Shown one piece after another: positions 40,877-51,442 of a DNA stretch of 64,000 nucleotides. The position numbers and the translations under genes were made by a program. The notes beneath the pieces were generated by a model. The model did not search any database, was not told where the DNA came from, and was given only the letters and a program-made list of their open reading frames with translations. The stretch is from Candidatus Obscuribacterales bacterium (GTDB taxonomy: Bacteria > Cyanobacteriota > Vampirovibrionia > Obscuribacterales > Obscuribacteraceae). The stretch's first letter is position 1. Each line of letters opens with the position of its first letter. The stretch covers positions 928,001-992,000 of the forward strand of contig CBDDIJ010000002.1 in the NCBI GenBank assembly GCA_965228855.1, in the 5' to 3' direction.

Positions 40877-42004
40877 ATGTCTGAAACTCTGGACCTGACG
40901 ATTGAGCTCGTGAAACGACCGTCGATAAGTCCCGATGACGCGGGCTGTCAGGACATTATCATCGCCAGGCTCGAGAAGCTTGGCTTCAAGATCGAGCGGT
41001 TGAATTACGGTAAGACGTCTAATCTGTGGGCGACTCATGGAGAAGGCGCGCCGATTTTCGCCTTTGTGGGGCACACGGATGTTGTGCCGACTGGGCCTTT
41101 GGAACAATGGACATCGCCTCCGTTTGAGCCGGAAATCCGCGACGGCATTTTGTATGGCAGGGGAGTCGCCGATATGAAGTGCGGAGTGGCTGCTTTCGTG
41201 ACCGCTGTTGAACGTTTTCTGCGCGCAGAGGGTTCGCATAAGGGGACGCTTGCGTTACTGCTCACAAGCGACGAGGAAGCCGATGCCAGTGACGGGACGA
41301 TCAAGGTCGTCGAGCACCTTACTTCAAAAGGGATCAAAATCGATTACTGTCTCGTCGGAGAGCCCAGCTCATCTGACACCATTGGCGATACTATTAAAAG
41401 CGGCCGGCGCGGCTCGCTCCACTGTTTGTTAAAGATCAAAGGGCAGCAGGGTCACGTAGCCTATCCGGAGAAGGCGCTCAATCCTGTCCATAAAGCCCTG
41501 GCTGCTTTGAACGAACTCGCTTCCAAAGAGTGGGACAACGGGAATAAATACTTCCCTCCGACGTCATTTCAGATTTCGAATATCCACGCTGGAACCGGCG
41601 CTGACAACGTCATTCCGGGCGAATTGGACGTAGTCTCGAACTTCCGTTTTTCAACCGAGCAAACAGCGGAGGGTCTGCAAGCGGCGACAGAAGCTATTCT
41701 TGATAAATACGATTTAGAATACGATGCAAAATTCAGATTATCCGGCCATCCGTTCCTGACAGATGGAGGGAAACTTCTGGATGCCGTTGTTAGCAGCATC
41801 AGAGAAACTGTTGGAATTGAAACAACATTGTCCACAGCTGGAGGTACATCGGACGGGCGTCTCGTGGCGCCAACCGGCGCGGAAGTTATTGAACTTGGTG
41901 TAATTAACGCTTCGATACACAAAATCAATGAACATGCAGATGTACGCCAGATGGACATATTGAGCGATATGTTCGAATTGATTACGCGAAAAATGCTGCG
42001 TTAG
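40877..42004 (+). CDS. dapE: Succinyl-diaminopimelate desuccinylase
   Basis: GHTDVVP, GRG.ADMK, SDEE, GEPS, GRRGS, GHVAYP, GGTSDGR, IHK.NE. Confidence 0.96.
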   Translation: MSETLDLTIELVKRPSISPDDAGCQDIIIARLEKLGFKIERLNYGKTSNLWATHGEGAPIFAFVGHTDVVPTGPLEQWTSPPFEPEIRDGILYGRGVADMKCGVAAFVTAVERFLRAEGSHKGTLALLLTSDEEADASDGTIKVVEHLTSKGIKIDYCLVGEPSSSDTIGDTIKSGRRGSLHCLLKIKGQQGHVAYPEKALNPVHKALAALNELASKEWDNGNKYFPPTSFQISNIHAGTGADNVIPGELDVVSNFRFSTEQTAEGLQAATEAILDKYDLEYDAKFRLSGHPFLTDGGKLLDAVVSSIRETVGIETTLSTAGGTSDGRLVAPTGAEVIELGVINASIHKINEHADVRQMDILSDMFELITRKMLR

Positions 42005-42476
42005 CGCTAACACGAAAAGCTAGCGCGAACCCCCCGGATCGTTCATTGGAAAGCGCCCGCGGCATCGATTCTGTTTGAATTTTCACGATTGTGTATTTTA
42101 TCGTGCATACTTTTCCGGACCCAATATCAGTGAAACGGTCTGTTCGCGCCAGTTGCGTAACGTCAAGTCTTTGTTAGAACCAGGGTCGGATAATGTTTTT
42201 TTTGCGTGTGATTAGTTAACGCATGGCTGAAAAGGTCGATAGGGTGAGTCGTTTGCGGTTTACTCAATAAAAGTATTAATGCGCGCTAACTTCGCGCTAG
42301 TCGCTGCTTTGCCTTAACAAATGGGCGTCTCCGCTTGGTTCCTATATAGACGATTGGAGATAGTAACTGCGTTTCTTCCCAACTCACTTTTCATCGGCAA
42401 TCCCGCAAACGTACCAATAGGAAGCCCCAACAACCGAATTCACCTGAAGAGCTTGCTCTCCCGACTTGCACCGCAA

Positions 42477-42594
42477 CGCCGAGCACTCCCGTTCCAGCTG
42501 TTCACGCGGACGCCGAGCGCACTCGTTTCTTAACACCGCTAGGCTGTGCGCCATCGTTCGATCTGCCCGAGTCGACGCCGAGCGCACTCCCGTT
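42477..42594. repeat. Three imperfect short direct repeats
   Basis: CGCCGAGC(GC)ACTC(CC)GTT at about 42477, 42511 and 42576, upstream of the 42678 gene. Confidence 0.6.
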
Positions 42595-42677
42595 GTGTCC
42601 CGCTTTAGCCAGAGTCCATGTGCCGCAAGCCATGGCGTCTGAATACTCTCAACCGCCGAAAACCTAGGAGGTCGCCA

Positions 42678-43016
42678 ATGACCACGCTTGCACAATCCAA
42701 GATTATTCGCGAGTACCCTCTGCCCTGTGGTCCGGAAGTGGTCTGCTATGACTTCACCGGCAGCTGGCAAGTACTCCGCGTCGAGGCTCGCTTCGCGAAG
42801 CCGAACCTCTACGTGCTCGAAGACGCCGTCGGTCCGAGGACGTCCGTCGAATTCGCTGTCGTCAACACCAATGCGCCGTTCGACGGTGAAACGGTGCTCG
42901 CCGACGGCAACACTTACCTGGGTTCGTACCTCGTTCACGTGCCCACGAACGTTCTGCACGTTTTCGGTCCGACCAGCGCGCAGCACCTGAAGAGCGAAGG
43001 CGCCAGCCAGACCTGA
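42678..43016 (+). CDS. Hypothetical protein
   Basis: ATG behind AGGAGG; followed by a terminator-like hairpin. Confidence 0.7.
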   Translation: MTTLAQSKIIREYPLPCGPEVVCYDFTGSWQVLRVEARFAKPNLYVLEDAVGPRTSVEFAVVNTNAPFDGETVLADGNTYLGSYLVHVPTNVLHVFGPTSAQHLKSEGASQT

Positions 43017-43047
43017 GCCTACCGGCGCTTTTCACTGTTCCGTCAAC

Positions 43048-43084
43048 AACAAGGATCGCCGCGAACCGGCGGTCCTTGTTTGTT
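43048..43084 (+). terminator. Intrinsic terminator
   Basis: AACAAGGATCGCCG/CGGCGGTCCTTGTT stem followed by a T-rich tail. Confidence 0.6.
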
Positions 43085-43273
43085 GGCATTTTCTCAATGT
43101 CAGTCTCACCTAAAGTTGCCGACTTGGCGATATTCCCACCCGCGAATATTTGTTTTCAGGAGTTTTTTGTTGAGGCGCCTGACCCCTGTCTTTGAATTGG
43201 TAGAACGTTTTCTTTAACCAAAAGGTACTATATAGTGTCGGAGTTGTGAATCTCGTTTTCTTGCTTGAAGGAG

Positions 43274-43963
43274 CTATTTCAAGAAGCCCTGCCGGAGAGC
43301 TTTTACTGCCGCTTGTGTGCGGTCCGTCACTGCCAGTTTGTTGAGTATGTGAGTCATGTGACTTTTGACGGTGTCGATACTTAGATTCAGCATTTCCGCA
43401 ATCGCGTAATTCGAATGACCGTCGATGACCATCTGGAGAACTTCGAGTTCGCGATCTGTTAGAGGCGTGTGAATATCTTGCTTTGCTAGTTTTTGTTCGG
43501 CTGATTTCCCTGCCGCTTGTTCCACGGACGTTTTCACAACTGTCCTGGCAATTTGAGGATCAAGCCAACAACCGCCGCTCTTGACGGTTTCGATCGCCAG
43601 GCAAAGACGTTCGACAGGCGCCTCTTTAACGCAGTATCCATCAGCTCCGGCGGCGAGTGCAGCGAACATATGTTCCTCGACATCATTGGAAGTTAGGATG
43701 AGGACGTGAATGCTTGGCATTTCCGTTTTTATTCTTCTAGTCGCCTCGATGCCATCCATCACCGGCATGCGAATGTCCATAAGCACCACGTCCGGTGCGG
43801 CTTCACGACACTTTTCGATAGCGGACTGACCGTTGGAAGCTTCCGCAATTATTGAAAATTTAGGAAACGCACGCAGCAAGGTTTTTAGTCCCAGTCTAAG
43901 AATTTCGTGATCGTCCGCGACGAGTAGCGTGATAGTTTCTATCGATGACTTGGATTCGGTCAT
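43274..43963 (-). CDS. NarL/LuxR family response regulator
   Basis: REC domain (ADDH, LMDIRMP) plus LuxR HTH (LTDRELEVL...TVKSH..IL.KL). Confidence 0.95.
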   Translation of the reverse strand: MTESKSSIETITLLVADDHEILRLGLKTLLRAFPKFSIIAEASNGQSAIEKCREAAPDVVLMDIRMPVMDGIEATRRIKTEMPSIHVLILTSNDVEEHMFAALAAGADGYCVKEAPVERLCLAIETVKSGGCWLDPQIARTVVKTSVEQAAGKSAEQKLAKQDIHTPLTDRELEVLQMVIDGHSNYAIAEMLNLSIDTVKSHMTHILNKLAVTDRTQAAVKALRQGFLK

Positions 43964-46116
43964 GAGATGGTCGCTCGCTCTGAGGTAATTGCGGAAAATG
44001 CTGGTAGCCTCACTGTCACGATGGTCCCTTTGCCGAGTTCGCTTTGGAAATCAATTTCGCCTCTATGAGCATCGATAATCAATTTCGAAATATATAATCC
44101 GAGCCCGGTTCCACTTTGGAGGCGCTTGCCGACCCTTCCTTGAAAGTAGCGATGAAACAGAGTTGACTGTTCATTCGGGTGCATGCCGACGCCGTTGTCG
44201 GTTACTCGGAAGAGCACATGCTCACCCTCGGAATGCGAGCTTAGAACGACAGTCCCGCCTGGAGTGGTGAACTTTATCGCGTTATACATCAGATTGAGAA
44301 TGACGCGGCTTAGAGCAACCTCGTCCGCAAACAAGTCAGGGGTAGATGGCGAAATTTCATCGCAGAGGTTGATCTCGTTGCTGGCGGCGAATGGTCGCAA
44401 CTGTTCGATGCACTGGCGTAAGAGACGTACGGCTTTAACTGGCTCGGGTTGAATGCTTTGCGCCACTGAATCGTAGCGGTACATATCGACCAGGTTTTGA
44501 ACGAGCCTTATTAAATTTCTGGTGCTCGATAGTAACGATGAGACTGAGCGGCGCGCGGACTCTGGCATATCTTCCAGATCTTCGGACAGTCCTCCCAATA
44601 CACGTTCGGCTCCGATGAGGGGGTTCTTGATATCGTGGGCCACGGCTGCTACGAGGTCTTCTTTTTGTTGTTCCAGTGAAACCTGCTGGGTGTCGTCGAC
44701 GACCATGGCGGCCGCTCCCACGAGTTCATTCCCCTCGCCTGTAATAGGCCAAATTGAAAATGACAGGTATTGATCCTCGCCTACTGTCGTACCTGCCAAT
44801 CGGAGTCGCTTGACTGTGTAGGTTTGCCGCGTTTCAATCAAACTGCGAATCTCATCGGCGGGCAAGAAGGGAAGAATTTCGAATAGGCATTTGCCCTGCG
44901 GTTCGGGATCTGTTTTGATGAAGCGCAAGAACGCATTATTCGCATTAATGACTGAGAGCTTGGAATCCAGTCGAACTATGCCGGCAGAGGCGTGTTGAAT
45001 GACGTGATTCGCCACCTGTCTCTCGCTTTTTTCACTGGCTAAAAGAGCCTGTTCTGCGCGCTCACGCAGAATGGCATGTGCAATTTGTGATCCTATGACA
45101 TTGAGGTGGCGAATGAGCTGATCGTCGGTTTCGTGCTGTTTAGTTGAGAAAAACTCCATGACACCAAATAAGGTGCCATGGGTGACAATTGGGACAAACA
45201 TCCCAGTTTTCATTCCTGCTTTTACGGCGGCTTGACAGTGAGATCGGTCGAATTTTTCCTGGGTGCTATTTGATTGTGTAGAGGCCGAACAGACTGAAGC
45301 CAGATCTGTGACGATTTCGGTACTTTTATTTTCGATGGCGGGCTGTGGGTACCAGCGCCGACTCGCTAATAGCCCCGAGCTGTCTGGTTTGCTAAAGGCT
45401 TTAGTTTGAGGAGTGTCGTCAGGTGAGTCCCCGATTGCTTCCAGGTTAATAAACTTCGTCGTCCGAATTGCAGAGCGATTTTTTTTGCCATCTCCGTTTT
45501 TCTTGGAACTTAAGGAGTGAGCTTCAAACTCGCCTGAGTCAATGAACGATTGGGCCACACTGGCCGGCCATCTTGTTGTGACTACTGCATCGCCGCCTTC
45601 ATCAAAGTAGAAGAAGCAACCAAAATCCCAGCCTAATTCCTGGCAAACGCTTTTGATAATGATTTCGAGAGCCTCTGCCACTGACTCACAAGACATTAAA
45701 GCTTCTGCCGACTTTGACTGCAAATTCAAGCGCTTCAGGACGTTTTTCCGCTCGATAGCGTAAAGCATTGTCCGAATCAAAGAATCGCTGTTGAATGTGC
45801 CTTTCGTGATGTGGTCTGCTGCTCCGAAGTTCACTGATTGCAGGGCCACATCCATGTCATCATGTCCTGTGAGGATAATGACCGGAGCTGTGCTGAGTTG
45901 CAGCATTCGGTCTACGGTTTCCAAGCCATCTGAATCCGGAAGCGTCATGTCAAGCAGGATTACGTCGGGTTGTGCCTTGGCAAGTTCTAGCTCTGCTTGC
46001 TCCAACGATCGGGCGCTCAAAAAGTCGACGTTCTGGTCTGCCATGAGTTCGTGAACGAACTCAGCTTCCAGGAGGTTGTCCTCCACGAGCAGAACCTGAA
46101 TTGTCTTATTAATCAC
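43960..46116 (-). CDS. Hybrid sensor kinase (REC-GAF-PAS-HisKA-HATPase)
   Basis: VEDN..LLDMTLPD; GAF (VPIV..FGVMEFF); AHDIKNPL; NAIKF, DNGVG, GTGLGL. Confidence 0.92.
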   Translation of the reverse strand: MINKTIQVLLVEDNLLEAEFVHELMADQNVDFLSARSLEQAELELAKAQPDVILLDMTLPDSDGLETVDRMLQLSTAPVIILTGHDDMDVALQSVNFGAADHITKGTFNSDSLIRTMLYAIERKNVLKRLNLQSKSAEALMSCESVAEALEIIIKSVCQELGWDFGCFFYFDEGGDAVVTTRWPASVAQSFIDSGEFEAHSLSSKKNGDGKKNRSAIRTTKFINLEAIGDSPDDTPQTKAFSKPDSSGLLASRRWYPQPAIENKSTEIVTDLASVCSASTQSNSTQEKFDRSHCQAAVKAGMKTGMFVPIVTHGTLFGVMEFFSTKQHETDDQLIRHLNVIGSQIAHAILRERAEQALLASEKSERQVANHVIQHASAGIVRLDSKLSVINANNAFLRFIKTDPEPQGKCLFEILPFLPADEIRSLIETRQTYTVKRLRLAGTTVGEDQYLSFSIWPITGEGNELVGAAAMVVDDTQQVSLEQQKEDLVAAVAHDIKNPLIGAERVLGGLSEDLEDMPESARRSVSSLLSSTRNLIRLVQNLVDMYRYDSVAQSIQPEPVKAVRLLRQCIEQLRPFAASNEINLCDEISPSTPDLFADEVALSRVILNLMYNAIKFTTPGGTVVLSSHSEGEHVLFRVTDNGVGMHPNEQSTLFHRYFQGRVGKRLQSGTGLGLYISKLIIDAHRGEIDFQSELGKGTIVTVRLPAFSAITSERATIS

Positions 46117-46507
46117 CCTTTTCCGTCCTTTGGAAAGCGTTTTTGGGACGAGTCTACGAAATTACACCTGGTTACATTCAGGATGTGGACGGTGAAAAAT
46201 TTCGCCGCAGGGTACCAGGCGAATGTTCATGACAAGGCCGCAGGGTGAACCAATCCCTTGAGTGATCCAACAATCTGGGATTCCAGTTAGGCGTTCGACC
46301 GGCGAACCTGATGACGATGCTTAACTAAATGCTTCCGAAGAGACATTAACAGGCGATTCTTTCAAACTCTGGAGTTGGAGCTTGCTTATCACTTGAGACC
46401 CAGTATAGTAACAAATTTCGGGCCAGGCATCGTCTTTGAATGCTACATGATGTACGTCTCCAAAAGGACTCGAAAGACTATCTCTGTGGGCGATTTCAAA
46501 TCGCCAA

Positions 46508-48451
46508 TCACCCATTTGGGTGATCCTTAACAGAAATGCTCGATCCGCCGTTACTAGTCGGAATAGAGAAGTGGAAGGTCGAACCCTCGCCCAGTTTGGA
46601 TTCGGCCCATATTCGCCCTCCGTGCCTTTGAACAATTCTTCTGCAGACGGCTAAACCAATTCCCGTTCCTGGATACTCATCGCCAACATGCAAGCGTTTG
46701 AAAACCGAGAATATTCTGTCTGCGTGTTTGGTATCGAATCCGATACCATTGTCTTGGACGCTGATGATGCATTCGTGCTCTTTGATCTGTGAGGTGACGC
46801 TGACTCTAGGGGCATCTTGACCTCTATACTTGATCGCGTTGCCAACAAGGTTTTGGAAGAGCAGGGAGAGCTGAGAATTGTCCATAAGCAGGGGGGGGAG
46901 CTCTTCTCTCTCGATGGCGGCGCCTGATTCTTCGATGCTCTGCCGCAAATGCAGGAGTGCAATATCGAGTGCTTTGTTCGTAGAGACGGGCTCAATTGGT
47001 TTTGGTTGATTATCGAGTTTGGTGTACGAGAGCAAGTCTCTAATCAACGTTTTCATTCGTGTGGCTGTCTCGACGACGATGTTGATGTATCGGCTGCTCT
47101 GCTGGTCTAGCGATTTCTCTTTCTTTTCGAGTAGTCCAAGGAAGCCGGTCATGGTTCGGAGTGGCTCTTGAAGGTCGTGGGCGACTGCGGCCGCAAACGC
47201 CTCGAGTTCCTTATTCGAGGCGTTTAGCTTTGCGGAGATGGTTTCAAGTTTGTGCTCATAATCCTTTCGGGTGGTGATGTCTCGAATTACGATTACCCCG
47301 CAATTTAGCTCCGTCCTGGTGGGAACAGTGATCGGAGCACCGCTCACCTCCAACCATCGGCAGTCCTTAAGTTCCGGTCTCTTCAGGTAAATTTCCTTTG
47401 CCTGAATCGACTCGCCTGCTGCTGCTCTGTACAAAGGTAAATCATTCCGTGGATATGGTGTTGCCATGTCGGGCATGTAAAGTCCGAGAACCTCGCTGTA
47501 GGTCTCTGCCGGGATGGGTCCTTCCAGGATTTTGGGATTGTTCTTTGCCGCGACGGTATTGTAGTAGAGAATTTTCCCACTGCTGTCGCCCACGATGACT
47601 CCATCGTTCATGTTGTTTAAAACCGTTTCGTAGAAATCTTTCAAGCCTTCGATTTCGTTTTCAATGCGTTTAAGGTCGGTGATGTCTTTGGTGACTTTGC
47701 TGAAACCGCGTAGTGCTCCGTCTTTGAAGACAGGTGTGATCACAATGTTCGCGAGAAATGTTGAGCCGTCTTTTCTAACGCGCAATCCAGTATCAGTTAT
47801 TTTCCCTTCCCGAATTGCTTGTTCCAGCTCCCTTCGGGGCTTGTCATCGTTGATATCTTCTTGCGTGTAAAAAACGGAAAAGTGTTTTCCAATTATTTCG
47901 GACTGTTCATAGCCTTTAATGGCAGCGGCGCCATCGTTCCAGCTGATGACCGTACCGGTTTCGTCGAGCAAAAATATTGCATAATCCTGTATCGATGAGA
48001 TGGCTAGACTTAGCTGCTCCACCTGCGATTCTGACCTGGTCGCCTGTTTTTGCAAGTCTGCCATGAGGGCGCGGTCTTTCATAAGCTGCGTCGGCGAGGG
48101 AATCTTCAGCGCGAGTGGCAAAACTCGCCACACGGCAATAGCGGTTGCGAAACTAGTCAGACCGGTAAATAGGTCTAATCCGGCTTCCAGCCAGTAATCC
48201 TGGTGCCAGAACGTCCAGATTTTGATTACATGTGTGAAACCGCATGCGGTGATGAATGTGGCAAAAAGGAGGAACAGCCACTTAAATGCCAGATCTTCAC
48301 GTTTGCTTTGAAACCAGAACAACGAGATGGGAATGGAAAAGTAGGAGAGTGCGATAAGTAAGTTGCCAACGACGAAAGTTGTTAGCAGTGGAACGTTCCA
48401 CTGGAGGCAATAGCCGTGCGGCATGAAATTCGAATTTAAAACATCTGGCAT
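46508..48451 (-). CDS. Sensor histidine kinase with ethylene-receptor-like 3-TM domain and 2 PAS domains
   Basis: IALSYFSIP and FITACGFTH (ETR1-like); PAS (SWN.GA..IKGY); AHDLQEPLR; NAIKY, DNGIG, GTGIGL. Confidence 0.88.
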   Translation of the reverse strand: MPDVLNSNFMPHGYCLQWNVPLLTTFVVGNLLIALSYFSIPISLFWFQSKREDLAFKWLFLLFATFITACGFTHVIKIWTFWHQDYWLEAGLDLFTGLTSFATAIAVWRVLPLALKIPSPTQLMKDRALMADLQKQATRSESQVEQLSLAISSIQDYAIFLLDETGTVISWNDGAAAIKGYEQSEIIGKHFSVFYTQEDINDDKPRRELEQAIREGKITDTGLRVRKDGSTFLANIVITPVFKDGALRGFSKVTKDITDLKRIENEIEGLKDFYETVLNNMNDGVIVGDSSGKILYYNTVAAKNNPKILEGPIPAETYSEVLGLYMPDMATPYPRNDLPLYRAAAGESIQAKEIYLKRPELKDCRWLEVSGAPITVPTRTELNCGVIVIRDITTRKDYEHKLETISAKLNASNKELEAFAAAVAHDLQEPLRTMTGFLGLLEKKEKSLDQQSSRYINIVVETATRMKTLIRDLLSYTKLDNQPKPIEPVSTNKALDIALLHLRQSIEESGAAIEREELPPLLMDNSQLSLLFQNLVGNAIKYRGQDAPRVSVTSQIKEHECIISVQDNGIGFDTKHADRIFSVFKRLHVGDEYPGTGIGLAVCRRIVQRHGGRIWAESKLGEGSTFHFSIPTSNGGSSISVKDHPNG

Positions 48452-48499
48452 TTCCTGACCTGTTTAAATCAAGCTGCGTCTTGCTGGATAATGGTACTA

Positions 48500-48910
48500 C
48501 TAATGGTGCTGATGTGCGTGCCCGGACTGCGAGTTCAAAGCCTGGTGCAGTGACCCGTGTAAAACCTCGACGTCGAACTCACCCTTTTGAAGAACGTTGA
48601 AACCAAGCTCGCGTACGCGGTTGATCGTGCTGATTTCTTCAAATCCGGTGACAACGAGAATCGGTATTCGTCCGGCAAGGCTTTGGACGGCAAGCAGGGT
48701 CTCTAAACCGTCGGAATCTGGTAGTCCCAGATCCAGGCATATAACGTCGGCCTTTTTGTTTTCTAAGGCTATTTTGCAGTCAGCCAGGCTGAGAGCAATT
48801 TTGAACGAATACGATACATCGCTTTCGCGAGATTCGAGCAATTCGCTCAAGTAAAAGGAGTCTGCGTAATAGTCTTCAACGATTAGAACGTTGACTGAAG
48901 TTTCGTGCAT
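48500..48910 (-). CDS. Single-domain response regulator
   Basis: IVED, CLDLGLPD, VVTG, QKG. Confidence 0.88.
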   Translation of the reverse strand: MHETSVNVLIVEDYYADSFYLSELLESRESDVSYSFKIALSLADCKIALENKKADVICLDLGLPDSDGLETLLAVQSLAGRIPILVVTGFEEISTINRVRELGFNVLQKGEFDVEVLHGSLHQALNSQSGHAHQHH

Positions 48911-49122
48911 AGATACCGCTCGTTAATAACCCTATTGCTACCACGCGCTCCAGGTCGAATACGTCACCCGTAAGTGCCATTTCCTCTAGAATTCGGGTCG
49001 GTAGGCTTAGTGACGGATACACTGGGACGCCTGCGCTTTGAATAGATGGTTGTCGATGGGGTTTCCCTTATGGCCAATTAGGCGGATTGATTCTGGAAAA
49101 CCTCAGTGTTCCGATGCCAGCT

Positions 49123-49980
49123 CTACCCGAGACTGCGTCGGCATGCGGGATGCGGGCGGTCTCTTCCGGGCTGCAATTTGAAGTAGTTGACTACACCTTG
49201 CGAAATCGTTCGCGCTTCTCGAGCCAGATGTGCGGGTGAACTCATCAGTGCTCGGTCTTGGGGGTTCATGGCATTTGCCGCTTCGACCAGAACTCCGACT
49301 GCGTTAACTCCTCGAAGTCCCTTCAATTGTCCGTTTTGCGTCGTTGTGTCGCTGTTTATGCACTGGGAAACATTTGCGCGTTCGCGAACCTGCCAGGCGG
49401 AGCCTTGAATCGACTTAGCCAGAGGCATTGCCTGATCCCATTTGTTGTCGGCAATGTAGACGCACTGTCCGCCCTTCTTGGTGTTATCCATGTCGTGATG
49501 AATGCTCAGGTAGATCGAGTCGTCGCAGTACTTTGATATGTCATTGTTTACCACTGCATTTCGGCGAGCCAGGTCTTCTTGCTTCGGAACCGGCGGCGGC
49601 TTTTGCTCGCTAAACGGATTCCATGTCGGAATCACCTGAAAGCCTGCATCAATCAAGTTACGCGCGACCATTTTGCCGACGGCGGTGTTGAGCTGACATT
49701 CGGTGTAGTCTTTGGTGACGAAACCCTGGTCGACTTTGCCGGTAAAGGGGTCTTTCTCTGCGCTGGTGCAGTGACCGACATCGAGGTAAACGGTTTTTGT
49801 TGAAGTTTGTTTTGCTTGTGCGACGTCAAACGGTTGATCGCTTGCCGGTGTCGCTGAGCTCTCTTGGGTGGCTGGGTTTGCGCTTTTCGAAGGAGGCGTG
49901 AAGTCTTGAATGTCGGTTATGTTTAAACCGGGCTGGGTCTGCTTCGTATCAGCTTTTGCGTCTAGTTGTTCGAATGGCAT
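49123..49980 (-). CDS. N-acetylmuramoyl-L-alanine amidase (Amidase_3)
   Basis: VYLDVGH, TECQLN, LSIHHD and VLVE zinc/catalytic residues. Confidence 0.85.
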   Translation of the reverse strand: MPFEQLDAKADTKQTQPGLNITDIQDFTPPSKSANPATQESSATPASDQPFDVAQAKQTSTKTVYLDVGHCTSAEKDPFTGKVDQGFVTKDYTECQLNTAVGKMVARNLIDAGFQVIPTWNPFSEQKPPPVPKQEDLARRNAVVNNDISKYCDDSIYLSIHHDMDNTKKGGQCVYIADNKWDQAMPLAKSIQGSAWQVRERANVSQCINSDTTTQNGQLKGLRGVNAVGVLVEAANAMNPQDRALMSSPAHLAREARTISQGVVNYFKLQPGRDRPHPACRRSLG

Positions 49981-50062
49981 AGAAACGTTCCTGAGCGGTG
50001 CTGCGTTCCTGAACGATACAAACCCAACGTGACCCGTCCGTGACAGCTCCGACTATATGAAG

Positions 50063-50402
50063 CCATGCTCCGTGACAGTCTGCTTGTATAAAACACCGCA
50101 GAATGAGCCACCGCCCCATGCTCCGCAACAGTTTCTACTATAAAACACCGCAGGATGAGCTACCGCCCCATGCTCCGCAACGCTGGTGGCGCAAGCCATT
50201 CCACCGACTGCTTATTGCTCAGTCATCAATTCGAGCATTTTTGTCTACGGCTCGTAGACGCTTTTCCGAAAATCCGTCTACGAGAGAAAGACAAATGTCG
50301 CTGCTCGTGCTGTTCGCTACCGAAAGCGGTCCCGACAAGGCTAGCTGGGACCTGTTTCTGGGGCTTCAGGTGGGAAAAGAGTAATACGAAGGAATATAGT
50401 AG
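50063..50402. repeat. Dispersed repeat copy with about 53-bp tandem repeats at its left end
   Basis: CCATGCTCCG at 50063, 50116 and 50168; CTACTATA at 50135; core GTCTACGGCTCGTAGACGCTTTTCCGAAAATCCGTCTAC; TATAGTAG at 50395. Confidence 0.75.
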
Positions 50403-50416
50403 GCAGGGTGGAAGAG

Positions 50417-50456
50417 GAGAACCGCATGGTGCCGGTGGGCAGACCATGCGGTTCTC
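50417..50456 (-). terminator. Terminator-like hairpin
   Basis: 14-bp stem GAGAACCGCATGGT/ACCATGCGGTTCTC just after the 50463 stop codon. Confidence 0.6.
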
Positions 50457-50462
50457 GGGGCG

Positions 50463-51377
50463 TCAGACCGTCGCTTTGACCGGTCGCTTGAGCGACTCGT
50501 CAGCCTGTTGCGACAGTTCGACGATGCGGTCGAAGACGACCGTCATGGCTGCCTTGTAGTCGTTCGGCAAATCCTCGACGGGGATGGGCTTGCCGAATGC
50601 GATGGCGGCGCCGTACATCGTTTCGCCGTAGAAGTCGCGGAACTTCTTCCAGCCCAAGCCTTCGAGCAGCCGCTGCAGCCAGGTGGCGTGCGTCGGATCG
50701 CGGTCGTAGGCGATGGCTGCCGGCAGGAAGGCCACTGGACGGCTGCTCTTCTCGGCGGTTTTCTTGCCGATCATGAGCGCGCCGTCGAAGAATTGTTCGC
50801 GTTTCAAAACGTTGTCGCGGATGAGTTGTCCTTGCGGAAAGACGATGGCGTCACTGTCTTCGTCTTGTTGCATGATGCGAATCATGCCGCGCAGGGCCGC
50901 ACTCGGATTCTTGTCGTGGTGTACTGCGATTACGCCCAGCCAGGCGGCCGCCGGCACGCGGATGCCGAAGATTTGCGTGACTGCCATCAGAGCCCGCACC
51001 ACCCGCAGTCGCAAGCTGGTCGGGATGATAAGCACGTCCCGCTCCGTCTGGTGGTTGATGAGGATGATCAGGCGCCGCTTGTCTCTCATGTGGTGAGAAC
51101 CGATGCGCTTGATCGGACCGATATAGCGCCACGCCATGAAGTTGAAGGCGATCAGTCGGGCGATGCGCGCAAAGATCGGCGCGCGCGGGGTGACGTAGCC
51201 TGGCTGTTCCACCAGCTTCTTGCCCTCGCGCCACCAGAAGCGGACCCGGTAGGCGAGCCCGCCGAGGGCAGCTAGTGCCAGGAGACCGCCGACGATCCAC
51301 AGCGCCAGGGCGCCATCGAAAAGAAGAGCCGACTGTCCGTTGGCTCCTTCAAACAGCCGAATCGTGTTGAGTTCCAT
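50463..51377 (-). CDS. Lysophospholipid acyltransferase (PlsC-like)
   Basis: NHQTERD (HxxxxD) and VFPQG motifs; N-terminal TM. Confidence 0.82.
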   Translation of the reverse strand: MELNTIRLFEGANGQSALLFDGALALWIVGGLLALAALGGLAYRVRFWWREGKKLVEQPGYVTPRAPIFARIARLIAFNFMAWRYIGPIKRIGSHHMRDKRRLIILINHQTERDVLIIPTSLRLRVVRALMAVTQIFGIRVPAAAWLGVIAVHHDKNPSAALRGMIRIMQQDEDSDAIVFPQGQLIRDNVLKREQFFDGALMIGKKTAEKSSRPVAFLPAAIAYDRDPTHATWLQRLLEGLGWKKFRDFYGETMYGAAIAFGKPIPVEDLPNDYKAAMTVVFDRIVELSQQADESLKRPVKATV

Positions 51378-51442
51378 GATAGGTTCTGTTCTCCTACTCT
51401 ATTTCTTGAGGTGAAGGTGAATTAGATTTGCGCGGAGTCGCC

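Noticed and set aside
43226..43236. TACTATATAGT as another repeat-family end
   Set aside because: Incomplete octamer with no partner end or core nearby.
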